Source: Nitrosospira multiformis ATCC 25196
GTDB lineage: Bacteria > Pseudomonadota > Gammaproteobacteria > Burkholderiales > Nitrosomonadaceae
Length of the DNA: 17,036 bases
Direction of reading: 5' to 3'
Assembly (NCBI RefSeq): GCF_000196355.1
Contig: NC_007616.1
Location: forward strand, 1-17,036
Under the pieces are notes generated by a model. The model had not been told where the DNA came from. It searched no databases and saw only the letters and a list, made by a program, of their open reading frames with translations. Shown one piece after another: positions 1 to 7,747 of this stretch (its first letter is position 1; the number at the start of each line of letters is the position of its first letter). The translations under genes were made by a program, and so were the position numbers.

Positions 1-256
1 CTCCCTCGTTTCGCAGTTTCTCGATCAGGGAAATCAGGAAGCTTAAGGATCGGCCCAAACGGTCCAGCTTCCAAACAACCAGAACATCCCCCTTCTCCAC
101 TGCCGCGATAGCCTGGGATAGTCCCTCCCGCTCGATGGTCGCTCCGCTGACGCCCTGATCGGTAAAAATCCGCTCGCACCCCACCCTGCTCAATGCATCC
201 ATTTGCAGGTCAAGGTTCTGGTCGTCCGTGGATACTCGGGCATAGCCTATTTTCAT
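1..256 (-). CDS. Serine recombinase/resolvase, N-terminal half. Continues in frame from base 1 into base 17036 if the molecule is circular.
   Basis: Reverse complement from ATG at 256 reads MKIGYARVSTDDQNLDLQMDALSRVGCERIFTDQGVSGATIEREGLSQAIAAVEKGDVLVVWKLDRLGRSLSFLISLIEKLRNEG, with the canonical YARVST and KLDRLGRS motifs. An AGGAGG-like SD lies upstream. Absent from the ORF track because it runs off the edge. Confidence 0.95.
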   Translation of the reverse strand, partial: MKIGYARVSTDDQNLDLQMDALSRVGCERIFTDQGVSGATIEREGLSQAIAAVEKGDVLVVWKLDRLGRSLSFLISLIEKLRNEG

Positions 257-312
257 CCAGTTCAGCCTCCTATTTTTGCACCGCCCTTTTACACCACTTG
301 GAACATAAAAAA

Positions 313-332
313 AACAATGGCTTGGCATTGTT
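313..332. repeat. Inverted repeat AACAATG-gcttgg-CATTGTT
   Basis: Perfect 7-bp arms at 313-319 and 326-332, just upstream of the resolvase start. Confidence 0.7.
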
Positions 333-340
333 CATTTTTC

Positions 341-368
341 TGCGGCGAAAGGGACCCCTTTTGCCGCA
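341..368. repeat. 28-bp near-perfect palindrome upstream of the resolvase
   Basis: TGCGGCGAAAGGGACCCCTTTTGCCGCA; all pairs match except one G/T position and the centre. Possible res subsite or hairpin. Confidence 0.65.
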
Positions 369-438
369 AGAAATCTGGTAGAACTGATCTAGGAAGAAGG
401 TAAATCTGCTACTATTCGCGCGGCTTTGCCTGTGAGAC

Positions 439-636
439 AAGCTAACCCATTAGCTTCATATACCGCTAATGATCAAGCTAGAAATGAAAACCCCGGCTCT
501 TGGCCGGGGTGGAATTTTTAGGTCTTACATGATAGGTCGTAGACTTTCGTCCATTGGAGCCTATCACCAACCTTACAGAAATAATAAACCCAAAGTACTG
601 TACTTGTCAACCAAAATGAACCGAAATGGTGACAAG
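439..636 (+). ncRNA. Candidate structured RNA/leader immediately upstream of the Abi-like gene
   Basis: Four stacked hairpins: AAGCTAA-ccca-TTAGCTT (439-456); CCCCGGC-tcttg-GCCGGGG (491-509), terminator-like; TGATAGG...CCTATCA with inner GAC/GTC (530-566); CTTGTC-A-ACCA...TGGT-GACAAG (603-636). Strand and boundaries are inferred. Confidence 0.35.
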
Positions 637-672
637 GCTAATAATAAATAGAGAGAGAGTAAGAGTATAAAA

Positions 673-1593
673 ATGCCAAAAACGCTTCGGTACCGCCCGA
701 TTCTGATCGACCAGCTTATTACGAATGAGCGGATCAATAGTTACCAAAGCGTCTTCCAACCTAGCAACGACATTGAATTAATGGGCGTCTATCTCTGGAA
801 TGCTCACGTCTGCGGTGTGATTTATCCCATAATCGGTATGGCTGAAATTACGCTGCGTAATGCCATTGATCAAGCACTCCAAGTGCACTTGGGAAATTTT
901 TGGTGGAGAAATTCTTCCCTTCGCTATCGTTCCTTCAAGCCCGGTGCATTACCGCCAAAAGCGGTACAAGCAGTACGCGACAATTTCAAGCGGGCTACAA
1001 ATAAGTTTATAACGACAAAACGTCACCGCTATAACATCACTGGACATGTCTCTCTAAACCATTCAGGCATAGTGGCCCAAACTGAATTTTCTACTTGGGA
1101 GTACATGCTGGATCACGAGTTCATGGGCAACAAACTGATCTGGCCCAGTCGCCTCGGTACCGTCTTTGCAGGTCCCTGGCCCAGTACTCATGCAGGTATC
1201 GTACTTACCCATGCGAGCGACCTTGTGTCGACCGTACGTGAGTTTCGCAACCGACTGTCTCATCATGAACCAGCTTGGAAGCGATTTGGTATTGTTAAGG
1301 AGGCAGATGCGCTCTTACATTTGCAGGAGAAAATTACAAAGATTGAAAATCTTATTGCCTTGATCCACCCAGAAAATATTAAGCTGATAGAAAGAAATGG
1401 GTTGCTCGAAATGGCCCGACGCGCTTGTACTTCCCAAGAAATCCGGCGCTTCCAGCATATGACCGAAACTTACAAAGTTAACTCGATGGATAAGCTTCAA
1501 ATACTAGTGGATCGTTGCAGAACAGAAAATAGTATTCTGCGTGCCGAGCTAGATTTGGGGGCACAGCAAATGTTCCTCATCAGTCCTTGTTAA
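673..1593 (+). CDS. Abi_2 (AbiF/AbiD-like) abortive-infection family protein, HEPN-type
   Basis: 306-aa ORF. AEITLRNAIDQAL...GNFWW near the N-terminus and FRNRLSHHEP later, matching an R-x4-6-H HEPN motif typical of Abi-family proteins. Confidence 0.8.
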   Translation: MPKTLRYRPILIDQLITNERINSYQSVFQPSNDIELMGVYLWNAHVCGVIYPIIGMAEITLRNAIDQALQVHLGNFWWRNSSLRYRSFKPGALPPKAVQAVRDNFKRATNKFITTKRHRYNITGHVSLNHSGIVAQTEFSTWEYMLDHEFMGNKLIWPSRLGTVFAGPWPSTHAGIVLTHASDLVSTVREFRNRLSHHEPAWKRFGIVKEADALLHLQEKITKIENLIALIHPENIKLIERNGLLEMARRACTSQEIRRFQHMTETYKVNSMDKLQILVDRCRTENSILRAELDLGAQQMFLISPC

Positions 1594-1652
1594 TCCAAAT
1601 AGGCCTAGGGGATAAGCTCTAAGTACGCAATAAAAAGCTCATCCTGTCCAAT

Positions 1653-2528
1653 TCACCCTTGGGCTCTATTTTCGAAGAATGTAAATGCATCCCAGTCTTT
1701 TTCCTCAGCTTGCTCAACCATCCCCGCATATGGGAACCGGACTAGAAAAATGGCCAAGTCGAAATGATCAGAAATTATTACAAATTCCTCAGCTTCTAAT
1801 TCTGGATGCCAAACACCAGGAGGAACCCGAGAACCTTGATTTCGTCGGTTGATATCAGCGGCACTGTTCAGCCGTCTAAGTGATGATTGAGGCACCGGTG
1901 TACCAGGGGGCAGATACGTACGAAGTAAACGGGCACGGCGGCTCGGGTAAGACCAGCAAATGAACCCATCACGCGCCATAGCGAGCAAGGCAGGTTGATC
2001 GGTAAGCTCAACCCATTTTAATGCAGTAGCTGTAAATGACGTTCCATAACGATTAGCGCAATGCCCCAACAAATCTAATGTGACAACCTGTCCTTCAATT
2101 TGACTTCTAAAATCCGTCGCAGGCATTAACAAATAAGAGGCAAATTTATTTGCCTCTGATTCAAATTTTCTGGACTCTGGGCTTTCATAATCTAGCATTT
2201 CCGCCTGGCCACACTGGAAGCCTTCCTCTCTGATCTTGCGATGCAAGAGATAATGCCCAAACTCATGCCCAAGGGTGAAATTAATTCTTCCGGGGACAGT
2301 GATGGTCTCATCATATGAAATGCACCAGTCTCCCCTCTTACGCTTTGACAGTATTCCATCGATACCCTGAATACCGTGTGCCCTAACAAGCCCTACAGGG
2401 TCAGAAAATCTAGTCTTGGTTACCTCGAGGGCAATTTCCTTCACATCAACAGGAAAACCTTGCCCACATACCATCCAAAGACTGGCGAACTGATTAGCCC
2501 AAGCAGCAGGCGTTGTAGGATCACTCAT
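1653..2528 (-). CDS. ImmA/IrrE-family metallo-endopeptidase
   Basis: 291 aa with the zinc motif in LGHEFGHYLLH (HExxH) and downstream E-x-N-KFASYLLMP; overlaps the upstream XRE gene. Confidence 0.88.
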   Translation of the reverse strand: MSDPTTPAAWANQFASLWMVCGQGFPVDVKEIALEVTKTRFSDPVGLVRAHGIQGIDGILSKRKRGDWCISYDETITVPGRINFTLGHEFGHYLLHRKIREEGFQCGQAEMLDYESPESRKFESEANKFASYLLMPATDFRSQIEGQVVTLDLLGHCANRYGTSFTATALKWVELTDQPALLAMARDGFICWSYPSRRARLLRTYLPPGTPVPQSSLRRLNSAADINRRNQGSRVPPGVWHPELEAEEFVIISDHFDLAIFLVRFPYAGMVEQAEEKDWDAFTFFENRAQG

Positions 2529-2838
2529 CGTCTATCGCTTTTAAGAATTTTTCTAGCTGCGCCCGTTTTGCGGGATCGAGCTGGGTGATCCTACGGAAAA
2601 AAACCTGATCAGCATCTGACGGAGTCAGCTCGTGTTTTGCATCATCCAAAAGAAACTCTACAGGAACTCCAAACACCTCCGAAATTTTGGAAATTTTTTC
2701 GGCTGAGGGCCTTACAACGGGCCGGTTTTCCAACTCCCAGATGTAGCTCTTACTTGAACCTGTTTTTTCCGCAAGTTCCTCAAGCGTTAGTTTCAAACGC
2801 TTCCTTTCAGTACGAATTTTCTCCCCTAGCAATGAAGC
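2521..2838 (-). CDS. XRE/HTH-type transcriptional regulator
   Basis: MASLLGEKIRTERKRLKLTLEELAEKTGSSKSYIWELENRPVVRPSAEKISKISEVFGVPVEFLL is a classic HTH_3. Internal Met at 2838 is chosen over the track start at 2898. Stop overlaps the ImmA start by 8 bp. Confidence 0.88.
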   Translation of the reverse strand, partial: ASLLGEKIRTERKRLKLTLEELAEKTGSSKSYIWELENRPVVRPSAEKISKISEVFGVPVEFLLDDAKHELTPSDADQVFFRRITQLDPAKRAQLEKFLKAIDDE

Positions 2839-2891
2839 CATCACTCCTAACCCTCCAATAAATAAGTTCAGAGTAGACGTATTTTTTTTAT

Positions 2892-2920
2892 TTGGCAACA
2901 GGAATTCTATATGTTAATAT
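2892..2920 (+). promoter_or_regulatory. Sigma70-like promoter for the YjzC-like/DUF3892 genes
   Basis: TTGGCA (2892-2897), 17-bp spacer, TAATAT (2915-2920). Confidence 0.6.
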
Positions 2921-2991
2921 AATTTGTAAGTCTATACCGAACTTTTCGGGAAGAGGCGATTCCTTCAAAACCTCTATAAGGAGAAAAAAAT

Positions 2992-3171
2992 ATGGGTATG
3001 AAACCTGGAAGTAGTACTGGTAATGGCGGTGGGATTTTTCAACAGGTAGGTCCTAAAGGAGGCAAGCAGCCTAACTTTGCGACTGTCCCAGATCACAAAC
3101 CCCTCCCCCCTACCACAAAGCCTGGCCACACCTGGGTACCGGTACAAACCACTCCAGATAGCAAGCGATAA
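2992..3171 (+). CDS. Small YjzC-like protein, 59 aa (not in the ORF track)
   Basis: MGMKPGSSTGNGGGIFQQVGPKGGKQPNFATVPDHKPLPPTTKPGHTWVPVQTTPDSKR. Good SD (ATAAGGAGAAAAAAAT-ATG). The G-rich start and PPT-KPGH-W pattern resembles YjzC family proteins. Confidence 0.6.
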   Translation: MGMKPGSSTGNGGGIFQQVGPKGGKQPNFATVPDHKPLPPTTKPGHTWVPVQTTPDSKR

Positions 3172-3205
3172 AAGCTTCTTCCACTTTCGAAAGGAAACTA
3201 ACTAT

Positions 3206-3430
3206 ATGCCTGATGTTCAAGTTACCTGCATTATCAAACCACATCCCCAAAGCCCACACGAATATATTACCCATCTTGGAAATGGCAGGACGTGGTTATG
3301 GACGCGTGAGCAAGTTATTGACAGCATTGATGCGAAAACAAATACGTTCTACGTGCTTGATCCAAGCAATTCCAAGCGGTCTAACGTGGGAGTGGTTCGA
3401 GAAAATGGTAAAGCACCATATTTACGGTGA
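3206..3430 (+). CDS. DUF3892-like small protein, probably 3'-truncated by the IS element
   Basis: MPDVQVTCIIKPHPQSPHEYITHLGNGRTWLWTREQVIDSIDAKTNTFYVLDPSNSKRSNVGVVRENGKAPYLR. The pattern of I..lG, W..eq.I..I, and FYV...V.V followed by YL resembles DUF3892. SD AAAGGA upstream. TGA stop coincides with the predicted IS left end. Confidence 0.6.
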   Translation: MPDVQVTCIIKPHPQSPHEYITHLGNGRTWLWTREQVIDSIDAKTNTFYVLDPSNSKRSNVGVVRENGKAPYLR

Positions 3431-3475
3431 CCTGCTATTGATTTTTGTAGCCAGTTTCGAAGTGGGTCTTCCGGT

Positions 3476-4297
3476 TCAAACATTCTGGATTTGCAACCTT
3501 TGCAAGCCTGCCTGGGCTGGAGTTCGGTTGGCGAGCGCAGAATGCGGGCGCTCGTTGTTATAAAACTGCCGCCATTTCTCGATCAATACTTTCGCTTCCT
3601 GCCGTGTGATGAACCATTCGCGGTTGAGGCATTCATCACGCAATTTACCGTTGAAGCTTTCCACGAATCCATTCTGCCAAGGGCTGCCAGGCTTGATAAA
3701 GGCTGGCCCCACGTTATTGTCTCGCAGCCATGTCATTACTGCGGTTGCAGTAAATTCAGCGCCATTGTCCGAGCGAATAAAGGCAGGCTTTCCATAGATA
3801 CGCATCAGCCGTGACAGGGTCAGGATGACATCCTGGTTACGCAGCGATTTGCCGACTTCGATTGCAAGGCACTCACGCGTATGCTCATCCAGCACGCAAA
3901 GCAGCTTTAGCGTCTGCCCATTGGCCAGCCGGTCATGGACGAAATCATAAGTCCAGACACTGTTTGGTTTTGTTGCTCCAGGAAGGCGTATATCCGTCCC
4001 GCAGCGGCGTTTCCTGGGCCTGCGCCTGGGCAAGCTTAGTCCCAGCTTACCCCACAAGCGCCACACACGCCCCATACTCTGATCAGTCATGACAGCAATG
4101 CGCCGATACCCAAAACGGGGATAGCGGCTTGATGCTTCAATTATCCGTGTGGCAACAGCACGATCCTTAACGGGCTGCTTGACCTCATAACTGCCAATAC
4201 GACGGCTTACCCCGACAATTCGACACGCTGATCGCTGCGATAACCCCTTGCCCGTCAAAATTCCAAGCGCTTCGCGTCTGGCTGCCGGGGTTACCAT
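3476..4297 (-). CDS. IS3-family transposase OrfB (DDE/rve integrase domain)
   Basis: [36 protein letters not shown]...IRSDNGAEF...[27 protein letters not shown]. Confidence 0.95.
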   Translation of the reverse strand: MVTPAARREALGILTGKGLSQRSACRIVGVSRRIGSYEVKQPVKDRAVATRIIEASSRYPRFGYRRIAVMTDQSMGRVWRLWGKLGLSLPRRRPRKRRCGTDIRLPGATKPNSVWTYDFVHDRLANGQTLKLLCVLDEHTRECLAIEVGKSLRNQDVILTLSRLMRIYGKPAFIRSDNGAEFTATAVMTWLRDNNVGPAFIKPGSPWQNGFVESFNGKLRDECLNREWFITRQEAKVLIEKWRQFYNNERPHSALANRTPAQAGLQRLQIQNV

Positions 4298-4557
4298 TTT
4301 TTTGTGGCAATCTCCTTCAAACCCTCGATAGCCAGCATCTGCTCAGCAACAATCTTCTTCAGCTTCGCATTCTCCGACTCCAGATCCTTTAACCGGCGCG
4401 CATCCGATACCGTCATACCTCCAAACTTCGTGCGCCACCGGAAAAATGTCTGCTCCGTAATGTTGTGCTTGCGGCATACATCTCGGATAACCACCCCATC
4501 CGCTTCACCTTCCCTCAGTATCCCAATAATCTGCTCTTCACTGAATCGCTTCTTCAT
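4291..4557 (-). CDS. IS3-family transposase OrfA (HTH plus leucine-zipper-like)
   Basis: [73 protein letters not shown]. Internal Met chosen. Track ORF is 4291..4593. Confidence 0.93.
   Translation of the reverse strand: MKKRFSEEQIIGILREGEADGVVIRDVCRKHNITEQTFFRWRTKFGGMTVSDARRLKDLESENAKLKKIVAEQMLAIEGLKEIATKKW
4297..4303 (-). promoter_or_regulatory. A7 slippery heptamer for programmed -1 frameshifting (OrfAB)
   Basis: Coding strand reads GCC ACA AAA AAA TGG TAA in orfA. A -1 shift on the A7 run gives ACA AAA AAA ATG GTA ACC, entering orfB. Confidence 0.65.
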
Positions 4558-5077
4558 TTTCGCCTCCATGTCAAAATTAACATGAAGACTCACTTAGAGG
4601 GTGGTCACAAAATTCTTAGCAGATCAACGGACCTATGCAGACGGTTACTGGAATAACAATTTGTTATCGCTAGACCAGTGCCCAATTTAAGCAATACCTA
4701 AACAACCAAAATCACCCGTCGTGTATGACCATGACTGGTGATGCGCTTTTCATGGTCTGGTCTCCTTTTAGGGCTGGGTGCTGTGCTCATGCACATGCAC
4801 CGATGCCCGTCGGCGAGACCGGGGGTAGAAGAGCGCAAGGGCGGACGGCAGGGAGGGGGATCACCCGGCCTGCACAAGCGTAGTGCGGAAGGCCGGGGAC
4901 ACCCTGCCGGCAGGCGCAGCTTTACCCTTGTGCGACGCGAGGGGCAGCGCCCCTTAGAAAGCTTTTAAGAAAACAGAAACAGCGTGGGCCGCAGGCAGAC
5001 GTTGCCATTGATATTGCAAAAGGGATCGTTACCGGATGGCCGGGACTACAGGCCCGGGACGAAGCGTCTAGAGCCCG

Positions 5078-5102
5078 GCCCGCTGACAGAATGTGAGCGG
5101 GC
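5078..5102 (-). terminator. Hairpin GCCCGCT...AGCGGGC downstream of the restriction gene
   Basis: Perfect 7-bp arms 5078-5084/5096-5102, just after the 5108 stop on the minus strand. No clear T-tract. Confidence 0.3.
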
Positions 5103-5107
5103 TGCCC

Positions 5108-6079
5108 CTATTTAGATGCTTTGCTATTTTCAGTCTGTTGGTACGGACCAAGAAATCGTATGCCATTGAAGTGAATCAGATGCGAAGGAGCATCTGCAAC
5201 CCATACTTCGGTCTCCCATGCGATCTCACCTAAATAACGACCCATTATGGAACGATTTGGAAAAGCAGTTACGTAGACAAGACCAGCCTTCGAACCGGCA
5301 AACAACTTGGACAGCTCTGCATGTCGCTTGCCATCGACAGGACCATGGCTGGTTACGGACTCGACGAGCAACAACCAATTGCGCTCAGTGAAGTGCAAAA
5401 CCACATCCGGCATCTTGCCATGCGAGTCCACGCTGACCCCTAACTCAGCAAGAAGTGGGGCATCAAAATACCCCCACTTCTCCCCTGTATCACCGGCATA
5501 GACAAGCACGCTACCAGGTGCAAAGCGCGGTGCGAAGTCCTCAATAATTTTCCGGATGAGCTCGCTGTGTTCACCAGGACTGAGCGTAATTTTCTTACCT
5601 GGCGCAATCTCAACCGGAATCCTATTTTGCTCTCTCTCCATTGCATACTTCTCGGCCAATGACTGTCGCTTTGAAAGATAGGTCATTAGATTGTCATGCC
5701 ACATATCGGTACCAAAGCTCCGAAGCAAAACGAGTGCCTCTGGCTCGATCTGATAAACCGCTTTTGGGCTGTTGACGGGCCGTAAAGGATTGTCTGGGTT
5801 GTAAAGCGCGATTCCCGCATCTACAAACTGGTGCATAGTCTGTCTTCTTACAGTCTCACGGGTGTTAGGAGCATAGTCCTTTCTATAGTGCTCACGCGCC
5901 CAATCCATGATCGGCGTAATACCCATAAGTGGGTTTTGTACCTCATTCCAGGACTTTTCTGGTGTTAAGTTGAGCAAGGCTAGAAGGCACAGGGCTGAGC
6001 GTTCATTTTGTTGAGCTCGGGGAAGGCCTAAGGCAAGGATGATGTTTTGAGCATCTTCGAGGTGGTTACCATTCGTCAT
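5108..6079 (-). CDS. PstI/BsuBI-family type II restriction endonuclease
   Basis: Contains VLVYAGDTGEKWGYFDAPLLAELGVSVDSHGKMPDVVLHFTERNWLLLVESVTSHGPVDGKRHAEL..., the arrangement seen in BsuBI/PstI nucleases. ATG at 6079 forms an ATGA overlap with the methyltransferase stop. The track starts 6 bp earlier at a TTG. Confidence 0.87.
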   Translation of the reverse strand: MTNGNHLEDAQNIILALGLPRAQQNERSALCLLALLNLTPEKSWNEVQNPLMGITPIMDWAREHYRKDYAPNTRETVRRQTMHQFVDAGIALYNPDNPLRPVNSPKAVYQIEPEALVLLRSFGTDMWHDNLMTYLSKRQSLAEKYAMEREQNRIPVEIAPGKKITLSPGEHSELIRKIIEDFAPRFAPGSVLVYAGDTGEKWGYFDAPLLAELGVSVDSHGKMPDVVLHFTERNWLLLVESVTSHGPVDGKRHAELSKLFAGSKAGLVYVTAFPNRSIMGRYLGEIAWETEVWVADAPSHLIHFNGIRFLGPYQQTENSKASK

Positions 6080-7590
6080 GAACAAAGCTTTTCTAGTTGT
6101 TCATCAATCTGATCCTGCGAAAGCTCAAAGCGGCCAGCAGCCCACTTCCCTAGAGAAACGAGAGCTGCCCGACTTGGATACTTCATGACCCTGAGGTCAG
6201 TTGCATTGACTTGAGTGTGTCCATTGAAGCGACGGAAGTATTCATCAACGGCAGTTGTATTAAGGAAGACAGACAGGCCTCGTGCCAATTCTGCTGGCAA
6301 TCCTTGGCGCCCCTTGTGAAAAACGTTGAGATGGTTTTCAAAGCCGATAGCCGTAACGTCACCAAAGGTGGATGGATCGACCATACTTGCGACAATACGA
6401 CGCCGCTCCTCTTTCGAGGAAAAACGACGAACAACGCAATAGAACCCATTTGGGTACAACCATCGCTCGGTGTCTTTGTTTAGTGCAATCGCATTGGGTT
6501 TCCTGAGTCCTTGTTTAGGCCACTCAGTACCTGTGCCGGAGAAATGTCCAGGGTAGAGAAGTGGAACAGAACCAGCTTCTGGCATATCAAGTAGGTAATC
6601 CTTCATGCGGAAGTCAACCACTGGACCAGTCGATACCTCGACTCCGATATCCGCTAGGCTATAGCGAACAGCGGGAGACAATTCGATTGCACTCAGGCCA
6701 ATCGATGTAGGAATGTGAATGAAGCGCTCGGGATCGTCAGGAAAGACGATACGTTCGAAGTTATGTGTGTTGGTTTCGAGGTCTGAAAACGTATCATCGG
6801 TCGATGTTGAGATAGTAACTGTGCTTTGCTTGCCTCCACGTTCTAACAGGAGAATGACGTTCTCCTGCAAAACATCATCCTCCTTAAAAGCTTTACTTCT
6901 TGATGAGAACAGATGCATATGGCGCAGAGCCGCACGGCTTAAAATGAAATCTCGAAAAGGTTTGTAATAGGGGCCATTGCAAAAGCTGCGAGGAATGATC
7001 GCTACTACTTGGCCACCAGCTGCCATCAAAGCAACAGTGAGAGCGACGAAGGCCGAGTAAAGGTTAACCACCTCAATGCCGACTGACCTCAGGGCATGGC
7101 GGTGTGAGGAGGCGCTGTTAATTTTCCTGTAAGGCGGATTGAGGATTGCGTGCGTGAAACCTGGGTAATCCTGCAGACTTTTGCTGGTAACCAGCTTAAT
7201 AAAATCTCCCTTTATCACGCGATAAGAAAAAGACTGATCAGCTGCGTACCTATGCAGTGCCGCTTCAAGATGAACACGTAACTTTGGGTCAATTTCATAG
7301 GCTGTGGCCTCGACTTGGTCGAAGGTAAACTTCCCTGCTGTCCAGCGGTCAAGGAAGGCGCATGACAGAGCCCCCACCCCCGCTCCAGCATCAAGAAGCC
7401 GACAAGTCTGCAGGGTTGACGGAGGAAACAGGCTCGCCATAAACCGAGCAACCGAGGATGGGGTCATAAATTGGCCTAACTCAGACTTGTGCTTCTGGCT
7501 TATCTTCGGCGCGATAGAGCGGCGTAGAGTATCAGCGTGGTCAAGCACTTGCAAAGTTGCCGGGACTTCGAGTGTATCAGTGTAGGCCAT
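6076..7590 (-). CDS. Type II N6-adenine DNA methyltransferase (PstI/Eco57I-type)
   Basis: QKHKSELGQFMTPSSVARFMASL, LLDAGAGVGALS (AdoMet motif I) and HAILNPPYRKI (NPPY catalytic motif IV). Confidence 0.92.
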   Translation of the reverse strand: MAYTDTLEVPATLQVLDHADTLRRSIAPKISQKHKSELGQFMTPSSVARFMASLFPPSTLQTCRLLDAGAGVGALSCAFLDRWTAGKFTFDQVEATAYEIDPKLRVHLEAALHRYAADQSFSYRVIKGDFIKLVTSKSLQDYPGFTHAILNPPYRKINSASSHRHALRSVGIEVVNLYSAFVALTVALMAAGGQVVAIIPRSFCNGPYYKPFRDFILSRAALRHMHLFSSRSKAFKEDDVLQENVILLLERGGKQSTVTISTSTDDTFSDLETNTHNFERIVFPDDPERFIHIPTSIGLSAIELSPAVRYSLADIGVEVSTGPVVDFRMKDYLLDMPEAGSVPLLYPGHFSGTGTEWPKQGLRKPNAIALNKDTERWLYPNGFYCVVRRFSSKEERRRIVASMVDPSTFGDVTAIGFENHLNVFHKGRQGLPAELARGLSVFLNTTAVDEYFRRFNGHTQVNATDLRVMKYPSRAALVSLGKWAAGRFELSQDQIDEQLEKLCS

Positions 7591-7747
7591 TGGGTCTCGA
7601 CAGGCAGGTGTTCAGCGTTCAGCTCTTGGGCTGATAGCTTTGAAGTAGCATATTTGAGGCATAGGGTCAAAACGACACTAGCTAGCGTAATAGCTTATGT
7701 TCGGTTGACAAAAACGTTAACAGAACCTGGATGATTCTTAAAAGCTA

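Larger units (their letters stand above)
3428..4607 (-). mobile_element. IS3-family insertion sequence (orfA and orfB); boundaries tentative
   Basis: Two overlapping transposase ORFs. Putative termini TGACC(TGC...) at 3428 and (...GT)GGTCA at 4607; only the outermost 5 bp match well. No target duplication seen. Confidence 0.7.

Noticed and set aside
193-403. 62- and 66-aa plus-strand ORFs
   Set aside because: Largely antisense to the resolvase N-terminus or over palindromes; no coding signature.
469-651. 60-aa ORF immediately upstream of abi (MIKLEMKTPALGRGG...), a possible protein antitoxin
   Set aside because: No convincing SD, no recognisable domain, and it is built over the hairpins 491-509, 530-566 and 603-636. 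An RNA/leader interpretation fits better, though not excluded.
3077-3430. Full 117-aa track ORF as annotated
   Set aside because: Its first 43 codons overlap the YjzC-like gene in another frame and lack a good SD; Met at 3206 has an SD and starts the DUF3892-like homology.
1653-3430. Calling the XRE/ImmA pair a lysogeny repressor of a prophage
   Set aside because: No phage structural, integrase or excision genes anywhere in the 17-kb replicon.
3213-3563. 116-aa ORF overlapping the DUF3892-like gene and running into the IS
   Set aside because: Alternate frame of a better gene crossing the IS boundary, composition atypical.
3491-4092. Plus-strand ORFs of 107, 63 and 76 aa inside the IS element
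   Set aside because: Antisense to a clearly coding DDE transposase.
4738-4968. 76-aa ORF over the GC-rich palindromic segment
   Set aside because: Low-quality Arg/Gly-rich translation of non-coding dyads; no homology recognised.
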